Shown in pieces: positions 8,200 to 18,647 of a stretch of DNA of 64,000 nucleotides. Every line of letters starts with the position of its first letter. The first letter of the stretch is position 1. Source of the stretch: Planctomycetota bacterium (GTDB lineage: Bacteria; Planctomycetota; JAJSAM01; JAJVHW01); NCBI GenBank assembly GCA_965248445.1, contig CBDFJG010000003.1:256001-320000 (forward strand). Reading direction: 5' to 3'. The notes below the pieces were generated by a model. It did not search any database, was not told where the DNA came from, and saw nothing but the letters and a program-made list of their open reading frames with translations. Position numbers and translations under genes: made by a program.

Positions 8200-10260
8200 G
8201 TGAACCTCAGGTCGCTGAAGCTGGTCAACTTCCGCGGAGTCCGCGAGTTGACGGTCCGCGATCTGCCGCGCGACGGCATCGTGCGGGTCGACGTTCCCGA
8301 GGACGCAGAGCCCGGTGCACTCGCCGACGCGGTGCGTTTCGCGCTGACCGGAAGCGATCCCGAGGGCGGCCCGCCGATGGCCCGCGGCGAGGGCTTCGCG
8401 TACGTCGAGGCCGGGTTGCGACTCCCCGGTGACGCACGCGCCTCCGTGTTCCGCGGAGTCGATCGCCGTGGCAAGGGCCAGGCGTCGCTGCGGGAAGCCG
8501 GCGGCCAGCGAGTGACGGGCGGATCCGATGGCGTCGCGTCGCGGCTCTCGGAGCTGACCGGAGGCGATCCGCAGCGCTTCGCACGTGCGGCGGTCATCGA
8601 CACAAGTGGCGGCACGTCGCCCGCGCGGACCGCCAGATCGGGCGGATCGGGCGGAATGAGCGGAATGAGCGGGACGACACGATCTACCGACTCCATGGCC
8701 ACCGACTCCATGGCCACGGGCCCCATGGCCGCCGGACCGGTTGCGAGTGTGGTTGCCGATCCGGTTGCCGACGCAAAACTCCGCGTAGAGCGCGCCGTCA
8801 CGGACCTGACGCGGTCGCTTCGTGCCGAGCGCCTGCGCAGCCTGGCCGGCGCCTCTCACGAGGATCTCGTCGCCGCCGCGGGGCGGCTCCGACGCGAGCG
8901 AGAGGTCCTGTCGCAGCAGATCGACGGGCTGCACGCCGAGCGGGCCCGCGTCCGCGCGCGGCTGCCGCGACTGGAGGAGTACCGCCGCCTCGCGCAGCCG
9001 GACACCGGCCGCCTCAGCACCGGGAGCGGCGCGGAGCGGAGGGACGGCGCGCCCCCTCGCGCGAACGGCGCGCTCGAGTGGTGTCTCGCAGTGATTGCGC
9101 TCGCGCTCTTCGGACTCCTCGCGTTCGTGACGGCGTCGGAGAACACCGCGTTCGAAGACCATCGCTTGCGCGCGTTCGTCGGCATGGCCTTCGTCGCCTC
9201 CGCCGCCAGCTTCATGGGAGTCGCCTCGGCCCGTCATCGTCACGGCGGGCGTTATACGGCGGGGCTCGCGCAGCCCGCCGAGCCCGCCCGGGCCGAGATC
9301 GGAACGCTGACCGGCGCTGCGGCTGCTACGCATGCTGCGATCGCGGCGGGCGGCCCGGAGCGCGCCGAACACCGCGATGCCCTTCGCAGCCGGTTCTCCG
9401 ATCTCGGCAATCCGGACGACCCCGCCCTGCCCGGCCGGCTTCGGGACGACCTCGCCGCCCTCGATCAGGAGCTATCTCCTCTGCACGATCGCATGGAGTC
9501 GCTGGACGACGGCCTCGCCGTCGCGGAGGTCGAGATCGGGCGCTCCGCTCGCGCGTTGCACACGCCACTACCGCCGAAGGAACTCCCGGCAGCGGGCCTC
9601 GCGGACGGCGAGTCCGTGCGCGATGCAGTTGACCGTGCGCGCGAGATGGGGGATCTGGTGTTCAAAGCGTGCGTCGAGCGCGACGCGCTCCTCGCGGACA
9701 CAGCGCCGGACACGGCGACTGCGAAGCGGCACGCCGTCGATGCGCTGACCGCCCTCGGAGCAGCGACCGGTCGGGACGCTGATCTGGTGTTCGCCCGTGA
9801 GCGCATCGCGAGCGCGCACACCGAGGCGATCGCGCACGCGGCGGAGGACGAACTCGCCGCCACCGTGCTGGCCGATGTCGCCCGGGCGTCGTCCGGCGGT
9901 GCCGCGCACCGGGATCCCGTCGCGCACCCGGCTCCCGTCGCGCGGCCCTCAGGCGATGCGGGCCTCGCCCGCGTCGTGTCCGCCGTCACGCGAGGGGCGT
10001 ACAACGGCATCGATCACGGAGACGGCGAGCCGGTGCTGCTGCGCAGCGACGGAGGTCGGGACGCCCTCGACGCCGTCGGGCCCAGTCTGCGCGCCCGTGT
10101 CATGCTGGCCTGTCGCATCGTGGAGAGCGGTGCGGACGGTCAGCGTCCCGGGTTCCTGGTGCTCGAGAGGGCTCCGGATCTGCTGGCCGACGAGGACCTG
10201 CTCGACGTCGTGCGCGCGGCAGCGCCCGACGTCTCGCAGATCCTCGTTCCGTCCCGTTGA
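8200..10260 (+). CDS. SMC/Rad50/YhaN-like coiled-coil membrane protein with degenerate ATPase motifs
   Basis: N-terminus LRSLKLVNFRGV..ADAVRFALTG is typical of SbcC/YhaN heads; central coiled coils and two TM helices; no recognisable Walker A, signature or Walker B. Confidence 0.55.
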   Translation: MNLRSLKLVNFRGVRELTVRDLPRDGIVRVDVPEDAEPGALADAVRFALTGSDPEGGPPMARGEGFAYVEAGLRLPGDARASVFRGVDRRGKGQASLREAGGQRVTGGSDGVASRLSELTGGDPQRFARAAVIDTSGGTSPARTARSGGSGGMSGMSGTTRSTDSMATDSMATGPMAAGPVASVVADPVADAKLRVERAVTDLTRSLRAERLRSLAGASHEDLVAAAGRLRREREVLSQQIDGLHAERARVRARLPRLEEYRRLAQPDTGRLSTGSGAERRDGAPPRANGALEWCLAVIALALFGLLAFVTASENTAFEDHRLRAFVGMAFVASAASFMGVASARHRHGGRYTAGLAQPAEPARAEIGTLTGAAAATHAAIAAGGPERAEHRDALRSRFSDLGNPDDPALPGRLRDDLAALDQELSPLHDRMESLDDGLAVAEVEIGRSARALHTPLPPKELPAAGLADGESVRDAVDRAREMGDLVFKACVERDALLADTAPDTATAKRHAVDALTALGAATGRDADLVFARERIASAHTEAIAHAAEDELAATVLADVARASSGGAAHRDPVAHPAPVARPSGDAGLARVVSAVTRGAYNGIDHGDGEPVLLRSDGGRDALDAVGPSLRARVMLACRIVESGADGQRPGFLVLERAPDLLADEDLLDVVRAAAPDVSQILVPSR

Positions 10261-10405
10261 CGGACACCCGCGGTGATCGGCGGGTGACTGGGGGGCAGCA
10301 CCGTCGGCAGCACCCCCCGGTCAGTCGTCGACACCGACCTCCCGTTTTCCGAAACGCGCGCTGACGCTCCGGTCACACTCTCCCTTCCAGCAGAATCCAC
10401 CGCCC

Positions 10406-11821
10406 GTGTATCCCATCTTCCTCTCGCTCCGGTTCGTGCAGCGTCACTGGCTCATGACGCTGATCGGTGCGTTCTTCGTCGGCGCCAGCCTCGTCGTCCT
10501 GATCCTCGTGATGGCCGTCATGGACGGCTTCCAGTCGCAACTGAAGGCGACGTACGTCGGCTCGACGGCCGACCTGATCGTGACGCCGCGCTTCGAGGCC
10601 GATCTCGACCAGCTCGCCGTCGCGATGAAGGGCCGCTTCCCGGACTCCATCGCTGCGACCGCTCCGCACTACGAGACGATCACGATGGTGCGCCGCTCGG
10701 GTGACGTCGACCGCTCGATCATGGACGAGTTCCAGGTCGGGCGGGTCTTCGGGATCGACGGGATCCGCGAGCAACAGGTCAACAGCTTCGGGCAGTACAT
10801 CACGACCAAGGACTCGAAGTCGAAAGAGCGGCTCGTACCTCAGGTCGACCTGACGAAGCCGTTCGACGTGTGGGATCCGGATCTAGCTGTGATGGGGTTC
10901 CACGGTGTGATCCTCGGCCATGACCTGATGCGCGAACTGCACGTGCTTCCCGGCCAGAAGGTGAAGCTGTTCTCCCTGCGTCAGCACGAAGCCGATCCCG
11001 CCGGGAATGGCGGCAACGTGGCTCTCGACGACTTCGAACTGAAGCAGGAGCTCTTCGTCGTCGTCGGCATCTACAAGAGCGGCAACAGCGAGATCGATGG
11101 CCGCAGCGTGTTCATGTCGCACGAGAAGTTCGACAGCTTCTTCAACGCGCGGACGTCCCGCCGGGCCGTGCGGGCGCGGCTGCGGCGTGGCGACAATGAC
11201 TTCCCTGAGATCGAAGAGGTGTTCCAGAGCGAGTGGCGCGAGTTCTTTCACAAGAGCCTCCCGCAGGGAGTGCGCGCGCCGCCCGCGATCGCGAATCCCG
11301 ACACGCCCATGATCGCCGCGTTCCGCGTCGAGCCGTGGTGGGCTCAGTACCTCCACCTCGTGCTCGCGATCCAGAGCGAGAAGCGGATGATCCTCGTCAT
11401 CGCGTTCCTCATCGTGCTCGCGGGCACGTCCTCGATCTTCGCCGCGCAGTGGTTGCTCGTCTCCGACAAGGTCCGCGAGATCGGAATCCTCCGGTCACTC
11501 GGTGCCGGCGTGAAGGGTGTCGCGGCGACGTTCATCCTGAACGGCTTCTTGATGGGTGTGCTCGGCGCGGTCGGCGGCACGCTGGGCGGTCTTCTCGTAG
11601 TGCGCCACATCGACACGATCCACGACTGGATCTCGGCGCTCACCGGCCAGGAGGTCTTCGACTCGAAGATCTACCTCTTCGAGAAGATCCCGACGGAGGT
11701 CGATCCGCAGCAGGTCACGATGTTCGCGACGGCGGCGCTCGTGTGCACGCTGATCGCCGCCGCGATCCCGGCGCTGCGGGCGGGCCTGATGGACCCCGCC
11801 AGGGCTCTGCACCATGAGTGA
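10406..11821 (+). CDS. Lipoprotein-releasing ABC transporter permease (LolC/E family)
   Basis: LILVMAVMDGFQSQL N-terminal TM; C-terminal FtsX domain (KVREIGILRSLGA, IYLFEKIP, PALRAGLMDPARALHHE); lolD follows. Confidence 0.9.
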   Translation: MYPIFLSLRFVQRHWLMTLIGAFFVGASLVVLILVMAVMDGFQSQLKATYVGSTADLIVTPRFEADLDQLAVAMKGRFPDSIAATAPHYETITMVRRSGDVDRSIMDEFQVGRVFGIDGIREQQVNSFGQYITTKDSKSKERLVPQVDLTKPFDVWDPDLAVMGFHGVILGHDLMRELHVLPGQKVKLFSLRQHEADPAGNGGNVALDDFELKQELFVVVGIYKSGNSEIDGRSVFMSHEKFDSFFNARTSRRAVRARLRRGDNDFPEIEEVFQSEWREFFHKSLPQGVRAPPAIANPDTPMIAAFRVEPWWAQYLHLVLAIQSEKRMILVIAFLIVLAGTSSIFAAQWLLVSDKVREIGILRSLGAGVKGVAATFILNGFLMGVLGAVGGTLGGLLVVRHIDTIHDWISALTGQEVFDSKIYLFEKIPTEVDPQQVTMFATAALVCTLIAAAIPALRAGLMDPARALHHE

Positions 11822-12549
11822 GCAGCATGAGTAAGAGCCAGAAGAACGACGTCGTGCTGTTCGCCGAGGAGGTGCGCCGTTCGTTCCGCATGGGCCGGGT
11901 GGAGATCGAGGTGCTCCAGGGCCTCGGCCTGACCCTGCGCCGCGGCGACAAGGTCAGCGTCGTGGGCACGTCGGGCTCGGGGAAGACCACGATGATCAAC
12001 GTCCTGGGACTGCTCGACCGGCCCCAGCGGGGTCGCGTGGAACTTCTCGGTCAGGACGCGCTGGCGGCTTCGCGCAAGCGGCGCAACGCGCTGCGCAACC
12101 GCGGGATCGGCTTCGTCTTCCAGTTTTATCACCTCGTCCACGAGCTCACCGCGATCGAGAACGTCTGGCTCCCCGCGATGATCGGGGGCAAGTGGCTGGG
12201 CCGCCGGGCGGACATGAAGCGGCGGGCGGCCGAGCTGCTGGAGCGCGTGGGGCTCGAGGATCGCGCGAAGCACCGGCCTCAGGAGCTCTCGGGCGGGGAG
12301 CGGCAGCGGGTCGCGATCGCCCGCGCGCTCATCAACAAGCCGGCCGTCCTGTTCTGCGATGAGCCGACGGGCAACCTGGACCCGCGCACGAGCCGGGGTG
12401 TCCAGGAGTTGCTCCTGGGACTCGATAGCAAGGAGCGCGCCATGCTGCTCGTGACGCACGACGAGCGCCTGGCCGCAAGAACCGGTCGCGTCTATCGTCT
12501 GAGGGACGGGACGCTCGAAGTTGATCCCGCAGTCGGAGGTGCCGCGTGA
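11818..12549 (+). CDS. lolD: Lipoprotein-releasing ABC transporter ATP-binding protein
   Basis: GTSGSGKTT, GFVFQFYHL, LSGGERQRVAIARAL, CDEPTGNLD, LVTHD. Start 11818 or ATG 11827. Confidence 0.9.
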   Translation: MSSMSKSQKNDVVLFAEEVRRSFRMGRVEIEVLQGLGLTLRRGDKVSVVGTSGSGKTTMINVLGLLDRPQRGRVELLGQDALAASRKRRNALRNRGIGFVFQFYHLVHELTAIENVWLPAMIGGKWLGRRADMKRRAAELLERVGLEDRAKHRPQELSGGERQRVAIARALINKPAVLFCDEPTGNLDPRTSRGVQELLLGLDSKERAMLLVTHDERLAARTGRVYRLRDGTLEVDPAVGGAA

Positions 12550-12848
12550 GTCCGTCCACACGTTCGCTACTCGCAGGGGCATTGCTCGCTGCCGTTACCC
12601 TCTTGCCCGCCTGCCGTTGCGACGGCGGAGTCGGCCGCAAGTGGCGCGGTAGGTCGCTCGACTTCACGATGTCGCAGCTCGGTCGGCGCACGTGCGACGA
12701 CACGTCCGCGTTCGCCGCGCATCTCGGCAACGCGGGCGAGTTGTTCACACCGGACATCCAGTCGTCCGGAATCGAGATCTCGCGGACGATCAACCTGTAC
12801 ACGACGGGCAAAGCCGAGGCGTGCTGGTGTCCCGCGCCGGCCGAATAG
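12546..12848 (+). CDS. Small hypothetical lipoprotein
   Basis: GTG overlaps the lolD stop, GGAGG upstream; signal peptide with lipobox LPAC. Confidence 0.6.
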   Translation: MSPSTRSLLAGALLAAVTLLPACRCDGGVGRKWRGRSLDFTMSQLGRRTCDDTSAFAAHLGNAGELFTPDIQSSGIEISRTINLYTTGKAEACWCPAPAE

Positions 12849-13038
12849 CGCGCGCGGCTTAGTCCGGAATCATTCCGCCCACGCATGAATTCGTGAGCGA
12901 AGACGTGCCCAAATGTCGTGCAGGGAACGCGATACTCTCGGTGTGCCGGGGTTGGGGACGACCCCCCCGTAAAATGACTCGCCGCGAACACTCCACATCA
13001 CATTCCCCTTTTCTCTACCGGCAGTCGTGTTCCTCGGC

Positions 13039-13076
13039 ACACCACCCCGCGCAACTTTTGTTGCGCGGGGTGGTGT
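13039..13076. repeat. Perfect 17-bp inverted repeat
   Basis: ACACCACCCCGCGCAAC-TTTT-GTTGCGCGGGGTGGTGT. Confidence 0.85.
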
Positions 13077-13223
13077 CGTCTCTGAGTTCGCCTTCTGACG
13101 AAGTCGAGACCGGCCCGCAGTTGCGCAGCGGGGGGGGGTGTCGTTTTCTGGCTCGTCTTCTGACGAACACGATGCCGGGCCGCACGCGTCCGCGCGCGGC
13201 AGCCGCACACCGATTCTGTCGGT

Positions 13224-13763
13224 GTGACTGCAGAGGGCGACGGGACTCGCACTGCGAAGCGGACGCCGTCGGTTGCGTTCAACGACGCTGCGACGGCGAG
13301 CGCACTGCGACGTGAACGCCATGTGCAGCCGGTGTGGTCGTTGACCTCCACTGCGCAGCTGTCGTCTGAGTCGCCCCGGCCGTCCCGGCGTTCGCTTGCA
13401 GTGCGGCGGAGCTTTGGTGTGGCGCTGACGGCGCTTGTTGTGCTGCTGCTGGCGGCGTTCGTCGCGTGGCCGGACTCGCCGGGTGTGTGCGAGCGTTGCG
13501 AACGCGTGGTAGCGGTTCGCTCCGGTTTCCGCGACGCGCGGCACTCGATAACCGGCTCTGACGCTTTGGAGTGGCACAAGAAGTACACTGCGAACACCGC
13601 GACGTACGTCGCGCTCAAGAGGGCTGCCGGAGTCTGTTCGTGTCCCCGCCGGGACAGCAGCTTCACGGTGACCGCGTTGCGCGGACATGTCGATCCGGCG
13701 ATCACCGTTCAGCGCGGGGCCGCGGCACTGCAGCGCGCGCTGAACTCCGCCGGCGTCAAGTGA
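13224..13763 (+). CDS. Hypothetical membrane-anchored Cys-containing protein (start uncertain)
   Basis: One hydrophobic helix (FGVALTALVVLLLAAFVAW) followed by CERC and CSC; no family recognised. Confidence 0.4.
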   Translation: MTAEGDGTRTAKRTPSVAFNDAATASALRRERHVQPVWSLTSTAQLSSESPRPSRRSLAVRRSFGVALTALVVLLLAAFVAWPDSPGVCERCERVVAVRSGFRDARHSITGSDALEWHKKYTANTATYVALKRAAGVCSCPRRDSSFTVTALRGHVDPAITVQRGAAALQRALNSAGVK

Positions 13764-13927
13764 CCGGGTCCCCGGTGTTCACGACGGCGCGAGTCGTCCG
13801 TCGAAGCCACGCCAGCCTTCCGCCGATGAAGGGGATGTGAACCTGAGGGAGGGGGACTGGCCCCTCCCCGTACGTGTCCTACACTTCCGGCCGGGCCTGC
13901 TGTAGGCGCCGTAACAAGGAGAGTCCT

Positions 13928-13999
13928 ATGCGTTTGCTCATCGCGCTCGTCTCGCTGCTCGCTCTGTCCGCATGCTGCACTGGGTGCTGCACGGGCTGA
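13928..13999 (+). CDS. 23-aa micro-lipoprotein MRLLIALVSLLALSACCTGCCTG
   Basis: AAGGAG at 13916-13921, ATG 13928, basic residue, hydrophobic core, lipobox LSAC, stop TGA 13997-13999. Too short for the ORF track. Confidence 0.6.
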   Translation: MRLLIALVSLLALSACCTGCCTG

Positions 14000-16900
14000 G
14001 TCGCCTCGTCTCTAGACCAGACGTACGCCGGTCGCGACGAAGTCGCGGCCGGTGTTCGCATTTACAGACGGTCTCGGCGACCGCCGGCGCGCCCCAGGGT
14101 CCATCCCTGCTACCGTCGCCGCCGTGATCGGCGAGAGCCTCGGCCCGTATCGCATCGACTCGGAGCTCGGCTCCGGCGGCATGGGTAGCGTCTTTCGCGC
14201 GACGGGTCCCGACGGCGTCGTCGCGCTCAAGGTCATGCACGCGCACCTGCTCGAGGGCGGGGACGCGGCTGAGCGCTTCCGCCGCGAGGTCGAGATCGGC
14301 AAGACGATCCGCCACCCGAACGTCGTCACCACGTTCGACGGTGGGGAGATCGACGGGCGGCACTACCTCTCGATGGAGTACGTCGAGGGGCAGACGCTAG
14401 CCGAACTGCGCGCCGAGCTCGAGCGGGTGCCTGAGGAACTCTGCCGGCACATCGGCCGCGAAGTGAGCAAGGGACTCGCAGCGATCCACGCCGCCGGCGC
14501 CGTGCACCGGGACGTGAAGCCGGAGAACGTGCTCATCACTCCGGCTCACGTTGTCAAGATCATGGACCTCGGGGTCGCGCGGTCCATGGACGACGCCTTG
14601 CGGCTCTCGCAGACGGGCGCGTTCGTCGGGTCGCTGCACTACGCGGCGCCCGAGCAGCTCGAGGGCGGCGGCAAGGGCCTCGACGGTCGCGCCGATCTCC
14701 ACGCACTCGGGCTGGTGCTCTATGAGCTGTCGAGTGACGTCAACCCGTACGACGGCGACGAAGTCGGGCAGGTGATCCGCCTGGTGCTGTCCAAGGAGCC
14801 GCGGCGTCTCGGGGAGATCAACCCGCAGCTGAGCGCGTTCTTCGAAGAGGTCGTGCACTGCCTCCTCGCCAAGGACCGTGACGAGCGGTTCGCGACTGCG
14901 TCCGACCTGCTGGCGGTGCTGGAATCGGGCGAGGACTGCCAGTGGTGGCGTGCTCGCGCCCGTGCTCTGCAACTGAACACGCGGCGTCCGATCCGTCGCA
15001 TCCGCATCCCTCGCGAGACCGCCGTGTACGGCCGGGACGACGAGATCGCAGTCCTCCGCGCTCTCTACGAATGCGCCAAGGCCGGCGAAGGCAACGTTGT
15101 CTTTGTCGAGGGCGAGGCAGGCATCGGCAAGTCACGTCTCGTGGACGAGCTGATCGGGCGCCTGCAGCGCGACGGCGAGGATCTCAACTTTCTGTGCGGG
15201 AGCTACCCGCCGGGCGGCGCAGCCGCGGCCGAGGGCGGGTTCTCCTCGGCGTACCGCGCGCAGTTCGGCGAAGCGGGCAGCGCGACGTACTTGCCGGAGA
15301 ACCAGGTCCTGGTGCCCGCTTTCGATGCGCTGCTGCGCGGCGAGGGGGCGCCACCCGATGCGCAGGTACTCAGCAAGGGCTCACTGCAGACCTGCTTCGT
15401 CCGCGCGACGCAGACCCTCGCGGCCGAGCGGACGACCGTCGTGCTGATCGAAGATCTGCACTTCGCCCCGGAGGAAGGCCGCTCTCTCTTCACGTCACTC
15501 GCGATGTCGGCTCCGGGTCACCGCGTGCTCTTCGTCGGCACGGCGCGACCCGGAGTCTCGCAGGACTGGCTCGCCGGACTCACGCGGCTCGACCAGACGA
15601 GTCAACTCCCGCTGCAACGGCTCGGCGCGAAGGACCTCGCGCGGCTGCTGCAGGACACGCTGCACTCCGAGCAACTCGCGAGCGACCTCGGCACGCAGAT
15701 CGCGATCAAGTCAGACGGCAACCCGTTCTTCGTCTTCGAGATCCTGCGCGGCCTGCGCGATGGGCAGTTCATCCGGCAGACGGAGGAGGGCACGTGGATC
15801 GGAACGCAGGTAATCGACGAGATCGAGATTCCGTCGTCGGTCCTGGATCTCGTCAATGCTCGCGTCTCCGGGCTGAGCCAGCAGGACCGGGACGTGCTCG
15901 ACGTGGCCGCGTGCTGGGGGTTCGAGTTCGATCCCGCGCTGATCGCGGAGGTCACGGGCACTCCCCGCATCCCGCTCTTCAAGCAGCTTGCCCAGATCGA
16001 GAGGGCGCACCGTCTGGTGCGCTCTTCGGGGCGCAGGTTCGCGTTCGACCACCATCAGGTGCAGGAAGCCCTCTACGGTTCCCTACCAGAGGTGCTTCGT
16101 GAGGAGTATCACGCCGCTCTCGCCGACGCGTTGGCGACGCGCACCAACGCCGCCGACACCGACCCCGCGGCGCTCGACGGTGCGCTCTGCGTCGACATCT
16201 GCGAGCACTTCCTCAAGGGCGCGCGAGGCGAGGCGGCGCTGCGCTACCTGCCGGCAGCGGAGACTCACCTGACGAAGGGCTACTTGGAAGCCCAGGTCGC
16301 GGCGCTCACCGGGCGCGCGCTTGCGATCCCGGGCCTCCTCACCGGCGTGGCACGCGCGAAGGTGCTGCTTCGCCGCGTTGCGGCGCTCATCCCGCTGGGC
16401 CGCCCGGCGATCACGGAGGAGTGCGCGCGGGAGGCGGAGCGCCTGGCCGCGGAGGCCGGGGACCAGGCGCTGCAGATTCGGGCTGCACGGACACTCGGTC
16501 GCGCTCTCCTCGGGTTGTTCCGCAACGAGGAGGCCGCGGCGGCGCAGACCCGCGCGCTCGACCTCGCACTCGCGAGCGGCGACCGGGAGGCAGAGGCCGA
16601 TGCCACGGTGAACCTCGGCGCCGCGTTCCGCTCCGGCGGCCGCCTGCCCGAGGCACGGGAGCACCTCGAGCGCGGACTCGCCCTCTGCGCAGAGATCGGC
16701 TACCGAAACTGCGAGGCAAGAGCCGCTGGCGGCCTCGGCCTCGTCTGCTGGGACGAGTGCCGCCTGGTCGAGGCGCACGATCACATCGAGCACGGTCTCG
16801 CGCTCAGCCGCGAAGCCGGCGACCGGCAGCTCGAGTCGAACCTCACCTCGAACCTGGGGATCATCCACTGGTCCGCGGGCCGGATGCCCGAGTCGCGGGA

Positions 16901-17115
16901 GTGCTACCTCCGGAGCATCGCCATCAGCCGCCAGATCGGGAACCGGGTGGGCGAGGCCAACGCGCTGGGGAACCTGGGCCTGGTCTTCGGTTCCGAGGGC
17001 CGTCTGCGCGAGTCGCTCGAGCACCAGCAGCAGTGTCTCGCACTCAGCCGCGAGGTCGGGAGCCGCGCACTGGAGGTGAACTGCCTGGGCAACCTGGCCG
17101 GAGCGTTCTACGCCG

Positions 17116-18647
17116 GTACCCGTTCAGCCCTTGGTTCTGAGCTCGGATCCAGATCGCTTTCCGTTCGGTCGATGAATCGGATGTGGGCACCGATGAGCTG
17201 CGTGATCTGGTCGAGCGCCTGACCCGTCGTCTGGACGCTCGGGACGAGACGATTGCCGAGCAGGCGGAGGTGATCGAGCGGCAGGCGGCACGGATCGACG
17301 ATCTCGAGAGCCGTCTTCGCCGGGACTCCCGCACCTCCTCGCGCCCACCGTCCTCGGATCCGTCGTGGTCCAAGAAGCGGCGGCGGCGCAAGCCGCCGTC
17401 GGACAAGCGCCAGGGTGCGCAGCCCGGCCACAAAGGGGCGACGCGCAAGCTCGTGGACGAGTCCGAGGTCGATGGCGTAGAGGACCACCGCCCGCGCGAG
17501 TGCAGCGCGTGTGGGAGCGACGTGCTCGTCCCGATCGATCGCGCCCCGACACGCCAGCAGGTCTTCGAGGTCCCGCCACGGCTGATCCAGGTGACCGAGC
17601 ACCGGTTGCACCGGGCACGGTGCACGGACTGTGGCGCCACGTCCACTGCCTCGCTGCCAAGCGGTGTGACGGCGAGTCCCTTCGGCCCGCGACTCTGTGC
17701 GCTCACCGCGGCTCTGGTCGGCGTCTTCCGCCTGTCGCGGCGCGAGACCAGTCGTCTGTTGCGTGACGTCATCGGCGTCTCGATGTCACCGGGCACGGTC
17801 AGTGCGATCGAGGAGCGGGTGTCGGGAGCCATCTCCTCAGCGCACATCGAGGCCCTCGGGGCCGTACGCACGAGCAGCGTCGCCTATGTAGACGAGACAC
17901 CGTGGTCGCGTCGTGGCACGCTGCATTGGCTGTGGAGCGCGGTCTGTGAGCACGCCACGGTCCATCGTATCGATCGGCGCAGGAGCGCCAAGGCCATGCG
18001 GCGACTCGTGGGCAAGCGCTTCAGGGGCGTCCTCGTGACCGACCGTATGGGCGCTTACGACCAGCATCCCACCGAGCGCCGCCAGATCTGCTGGGCGCAT
18101 CTCGAGAGGGACTTTCGAGCGCTGGCCGAGGGCTCGCGCGGCGGCCGGCGCTTCGGCAAGCAGGCCGTGCGTCTCGCCCAGGCTGTCATGCGAGCTCAGC
18201 GTCACTTCGGCGAGCACGGGGACCGCGACCGCATGCGGCGTGAGCTGCGTCTCACATGGGACCGACTCCTGACGCTGCTCGTGCGCGGCGCAGACAGCAA
18301 GCACCGCCGAGTACGCGGAACGACTCGGCATCTGCTCGACCGAGCGGAGGCTCTGTGGACCTTCGCCGACGTCCCTGGCGTCTCCCCGACGAACAACGCC
18401 GCTGAGCGCGCGGTGCGCAAGCCGGTCCTGTGGAGACGCGCAACGCACGGAAGTCAGAGCGAGCGCGGACTCCGCTTCGTCGAGCGCATCCTGACCGTCA
18501 CCGCCACGCTCCGCCAGCGTGGCGAGAGCGTCTTCGATTACCTCGCAGACGTCAGCGCGGCACTCGCGCACAACCGCTCGCCGCCGGCTCTCGTCGCGCT
18601 CCCGATCACGCGCTGAGGCCGCGGATCGTCATACCCTGAACGGGTAC
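17116..18647 (+). mobile_element. IS66-family element (single-ORF, ISBst12-like), copy 1, 1532 bp
   Basis: 12-bp perfect IRs GTACCCGTTCAG...CTGAACGGGTAC; 8-bp TSD CTACGCCG at 17108-17115 and 18648-18655. Confidence 0.95.
17183..18616 (+). CDS. IS66-family transposase (TnpC-like)
   Basis: Coiled coil then DSRTSSRPPSSD, GAQPGHKG, Zn finger CSAC/CTDC, VDETPW, LVTDR, QICWAHL, PTNNAAERAVR. Confidence 0.95.
   Translation: MGTDELRDLVERLTRRLDARDETIAEQAEVIERQAARIDDLESRLRRDSRTSSRPPSSDPSWSKKRRRRKPPSDKRQGAQPGHKGATRKLVDESEVDGVEDHRPRECSACGSDVLVPIDRAPTRQQVFEVPPRLIQVTEHRLHRARCTDCGATSTASLPSGVTASPFGPRLCALTAALVGVFRLSRRETSRLLRDVIGVSMSPGTVSAIEERVSGAISSAHIEALGAVRTSSVAYVDETPWSRRGTLHWLWSAVCEHATVHRIDRRRSAKAMRRLVGKRFRGVLVTDRMGAYDQHPTERRQICWAHLERDFRALAEGSRGGRRFGKQAVRLAQAVMRAQRHFGEHGDRDRMRRELRLTWDRLLTLLVRGADSKHRRVRGTTRHLLDRAEALWTFADVPGVSPTNNAAERAVRKPVLWRRATHGSQSERGLRFVERILTVTATLRQRGESVFDYLADVSAALAHNRSPPALVALPITR

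Noticed and set aside
13997..14100. Selenocysteine read-through of the micro-lipoprotein TGA
   Set aside because: No convincing SECIS-like hairpin or protein-like continuation could be identified by eye.
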